Shown here piece after piece: positions 62,971 through 64,000 of a stretch of 64,000 nt of DNA. Both the position numbers and the translations under genes were made by a program. The DNA is taken from NCBI GenBank assembly GCA_964535445.1, contig CAZHUX010000001.1:12406-76405 (forward strand), given 5' to 3'. Position 1 is the first letter of the stretch. Each line of letters starts with the position of its first letter. The notes under the pieces were generated by a model. That model was not told where the DNA came from and ran no database searches. It saw only the letters and a list, made by a program, of their open reading frames with translations. The DNA is from an uncultured Galactobacillus sp. (lineage in GTDB: Bacteria; Bacillota_I; Bacilli_A; Erysipelotrichales; Erysipelotrichaceae).

Positions 62971-64000
62971 TTAAATAAACATTGCCATATATAAAGGCAT
63001 AGTCACAATACGATCTTCTGTACTTCCTGTATTTCCATCAGTGAATTTGTAAGCTCTGGCAATATCTTTCTGCTCATTCATAAATGACTGCAGAGATACT
63101 GCCCTGCTATTATGACTTTTTACTTCAATTGGAATAATTTCCCCTTCTTTTTCTATCAGGAAATCAATCTCACGATTCTTTTTATCATTTTTGTAGAAAT
63201 ACAGTGAATATCCTTTTTTATACAATACATCTGCCATGGCACACTCATAGATGCCGCCTTTTGTAGTTCCTGAAAGTGTATTTTCAATAATATGCTGTTT
63301 CAGGCCAAAATCCTTCATAGCCAGTAACAATGAAAGATCTGTAGTATATGCTCTGAAGAAATCATCTCTTGCATAGTCACTCAGGTCATATTGCACGTTA
63401 TTTACAAGCCGGCATAATTGTACTATGTCTGCTTTTGTCAGCCACTCGATACTTGCATAATATTTCTGTGCTCTGGCACCATGTTCAATTTCCTTATACT
63501 GGAACTTATGATTTTCTTTATCCAGAAGCTGCTTTGAAAGGGATAAATAACATTTTTCAGCTTTCATCTTTTCTTCAGGTGATGCATAATGCGCAATGTC
63601 ATAAAGATACCCTTGCAATAGTGATCTCTGAACCTGGTCAACACTACGATAATCGTGCGTATTTACATAATTCTGTACTGCTTCAGGCATGCCTCCGATT
63701 CCAATATACTGACGAAACAGATTCATCATCCTTTCATTTACAGATGCAGGAATCTGTTTTCTTTCAGTAAACATTGTATGCAGAGAATCGATTAAATCCT
63801 CCTGTATACCAGATGCCCATAAAAATTCTTCAAAATCCAGACCATAAAGTTTCAGATAGTCTGTATATCCAACCGGATAAGAAGAAGGACGGTTATAATC
63901 AATACCAAGCAATGAACCAGAAGAGATAACGTGGTATCTCTTATCATCTGTCCAGAACTTTAAAGAAGTGATTGCCTCAGGACATTCCTGTATTTCATCA
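62971..64000 (-). CDS. AAA-family ATPase with a DUF4143-type C-terminal region; the 5' end lies right of the window
   Basis: The frame stays open upstream of the track start (63912 is an internal TTG). My translation of 63913..64000 gives ...DEIQECPEAITSLKFWTDDKRYHVISSGSLLGID, which includes a Walker-B-like DEIQ. The C-terminal segment ...REIDFLIEKEGEIIPIEVKS is the restriction-endonuclease-like DUF4143 pattern. Confidence 0.65.
   Translation of the reverse strand, partial: DEIQECPEAITSLKFWTDDKRYHVISSGSLLGIDYNRPSSYPVGYTDYLKLYGLDFEEFLWASGIQEDLIDSLHTMFTERKQIPASVNERMMNLFRQYIGIGGMPEAVQNYVNTHDYRSVDQVQRSLLQGYLYDIAHYASPEEKMKAEKCYLSLSKQLLDKENHKFQYKEIEHGARAQKYYASIEWLTKADIVQLCRLVNNVQYDLSDYARDDFFRAYTTDLSLLLAMKDFGLKQHIIENTLSGTTKGGIYECAMADVLYKKGYSLYFYKNDKKNREIDFLIEKEGEIIPIEVKSHNSRAVSLQSFMNEQKDIARAYKFTDGNTGSTEDRIVTMPLYMAMFI

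Noticed and set aside
1-64000. I scanned for CRISPR arrays, IS elements or transposases, integrases, prophage genes, toxin-antitoxin pairs and defence islands.
   Set aside because: I saw no direct-repeat/spacer periodicity and no transposase, integrase or phage structural signatures in any frame. The only accessory-type gene is the partial AAA/DUF4143 ATPase at the right edge, which is insufficient to call a system.

Overview
The window looks like a chromosomal segment from a low-GC Firmicute (Clostridia/Erysipelotrichia-like). I call about 58 protein genes and 2 tRNAs, and I see no rRNA, CRISPR array, IS element or prophage genes. Nearly all genes are on the minus strand, often with ATGA or TAATG stop/start overlaps. 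There are three plus-strand islands: apbE; nifU-like/glnN/deoR; and SCIFF/maturase/decarboxylase. Recognisable content, left to right: a SpaA/Cna-B-type surface protein (partial) coupled to an SSB paralog; a radical SAM protein; larA; serA-serC; tRNA-Leu; an ankyrin plus EF-G-paralog operon behind a structured leader; a coiled-coil/3D-domain wall protein; MscS; YgjP; tRNA-His; a complete rnfCDGEA-x-B operon with divergent apbE; MATE, DUF362, GNAT, PepC, S1 and NifU-like genes; type III glutamine synthetase; a DeoR regulator next to a glycyl-radical enzyme, its activase and a DeoC-like aldolase; patatin, HD and nucleoid-associated genes; gltB-gltD followed by an FMN/Cys-rich oxidoreductase, a C-domain-less pyruvate-kinase-like gene and capA; a 1229-aa coiled-coil/CAP-domain wall protein; a P1B-type ATPase with an SCA motif; an MFS transporter; a TAXI binding protein coupled to gltS; a 49-aa SCIFF ranthipeptide precursor (absent from the ORF track) with its radical SAM maturase; a PLP decarboxylase; a second MATE; a PHP phosphatase; and a partial AAA/DUF4143 ATPase. 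The items I would look at first are: (1) the translationally coupled TAXI-GltS pair; (2) a leader-ORF/terminator attenuator ahead of ankyrin and a non-canonical EF-G paralog; (3) the GRE plus DeoC-like aldolase cluster with a 15-bp inverted-repeat operator; (4) a minimal RnfB plus a Cys-rich micro-protein inside the rnf operon; (5) the SCIFF cassette and its overlapping decarboxylase gene. All functional calls come from reading the translations by eye. No database search was run.
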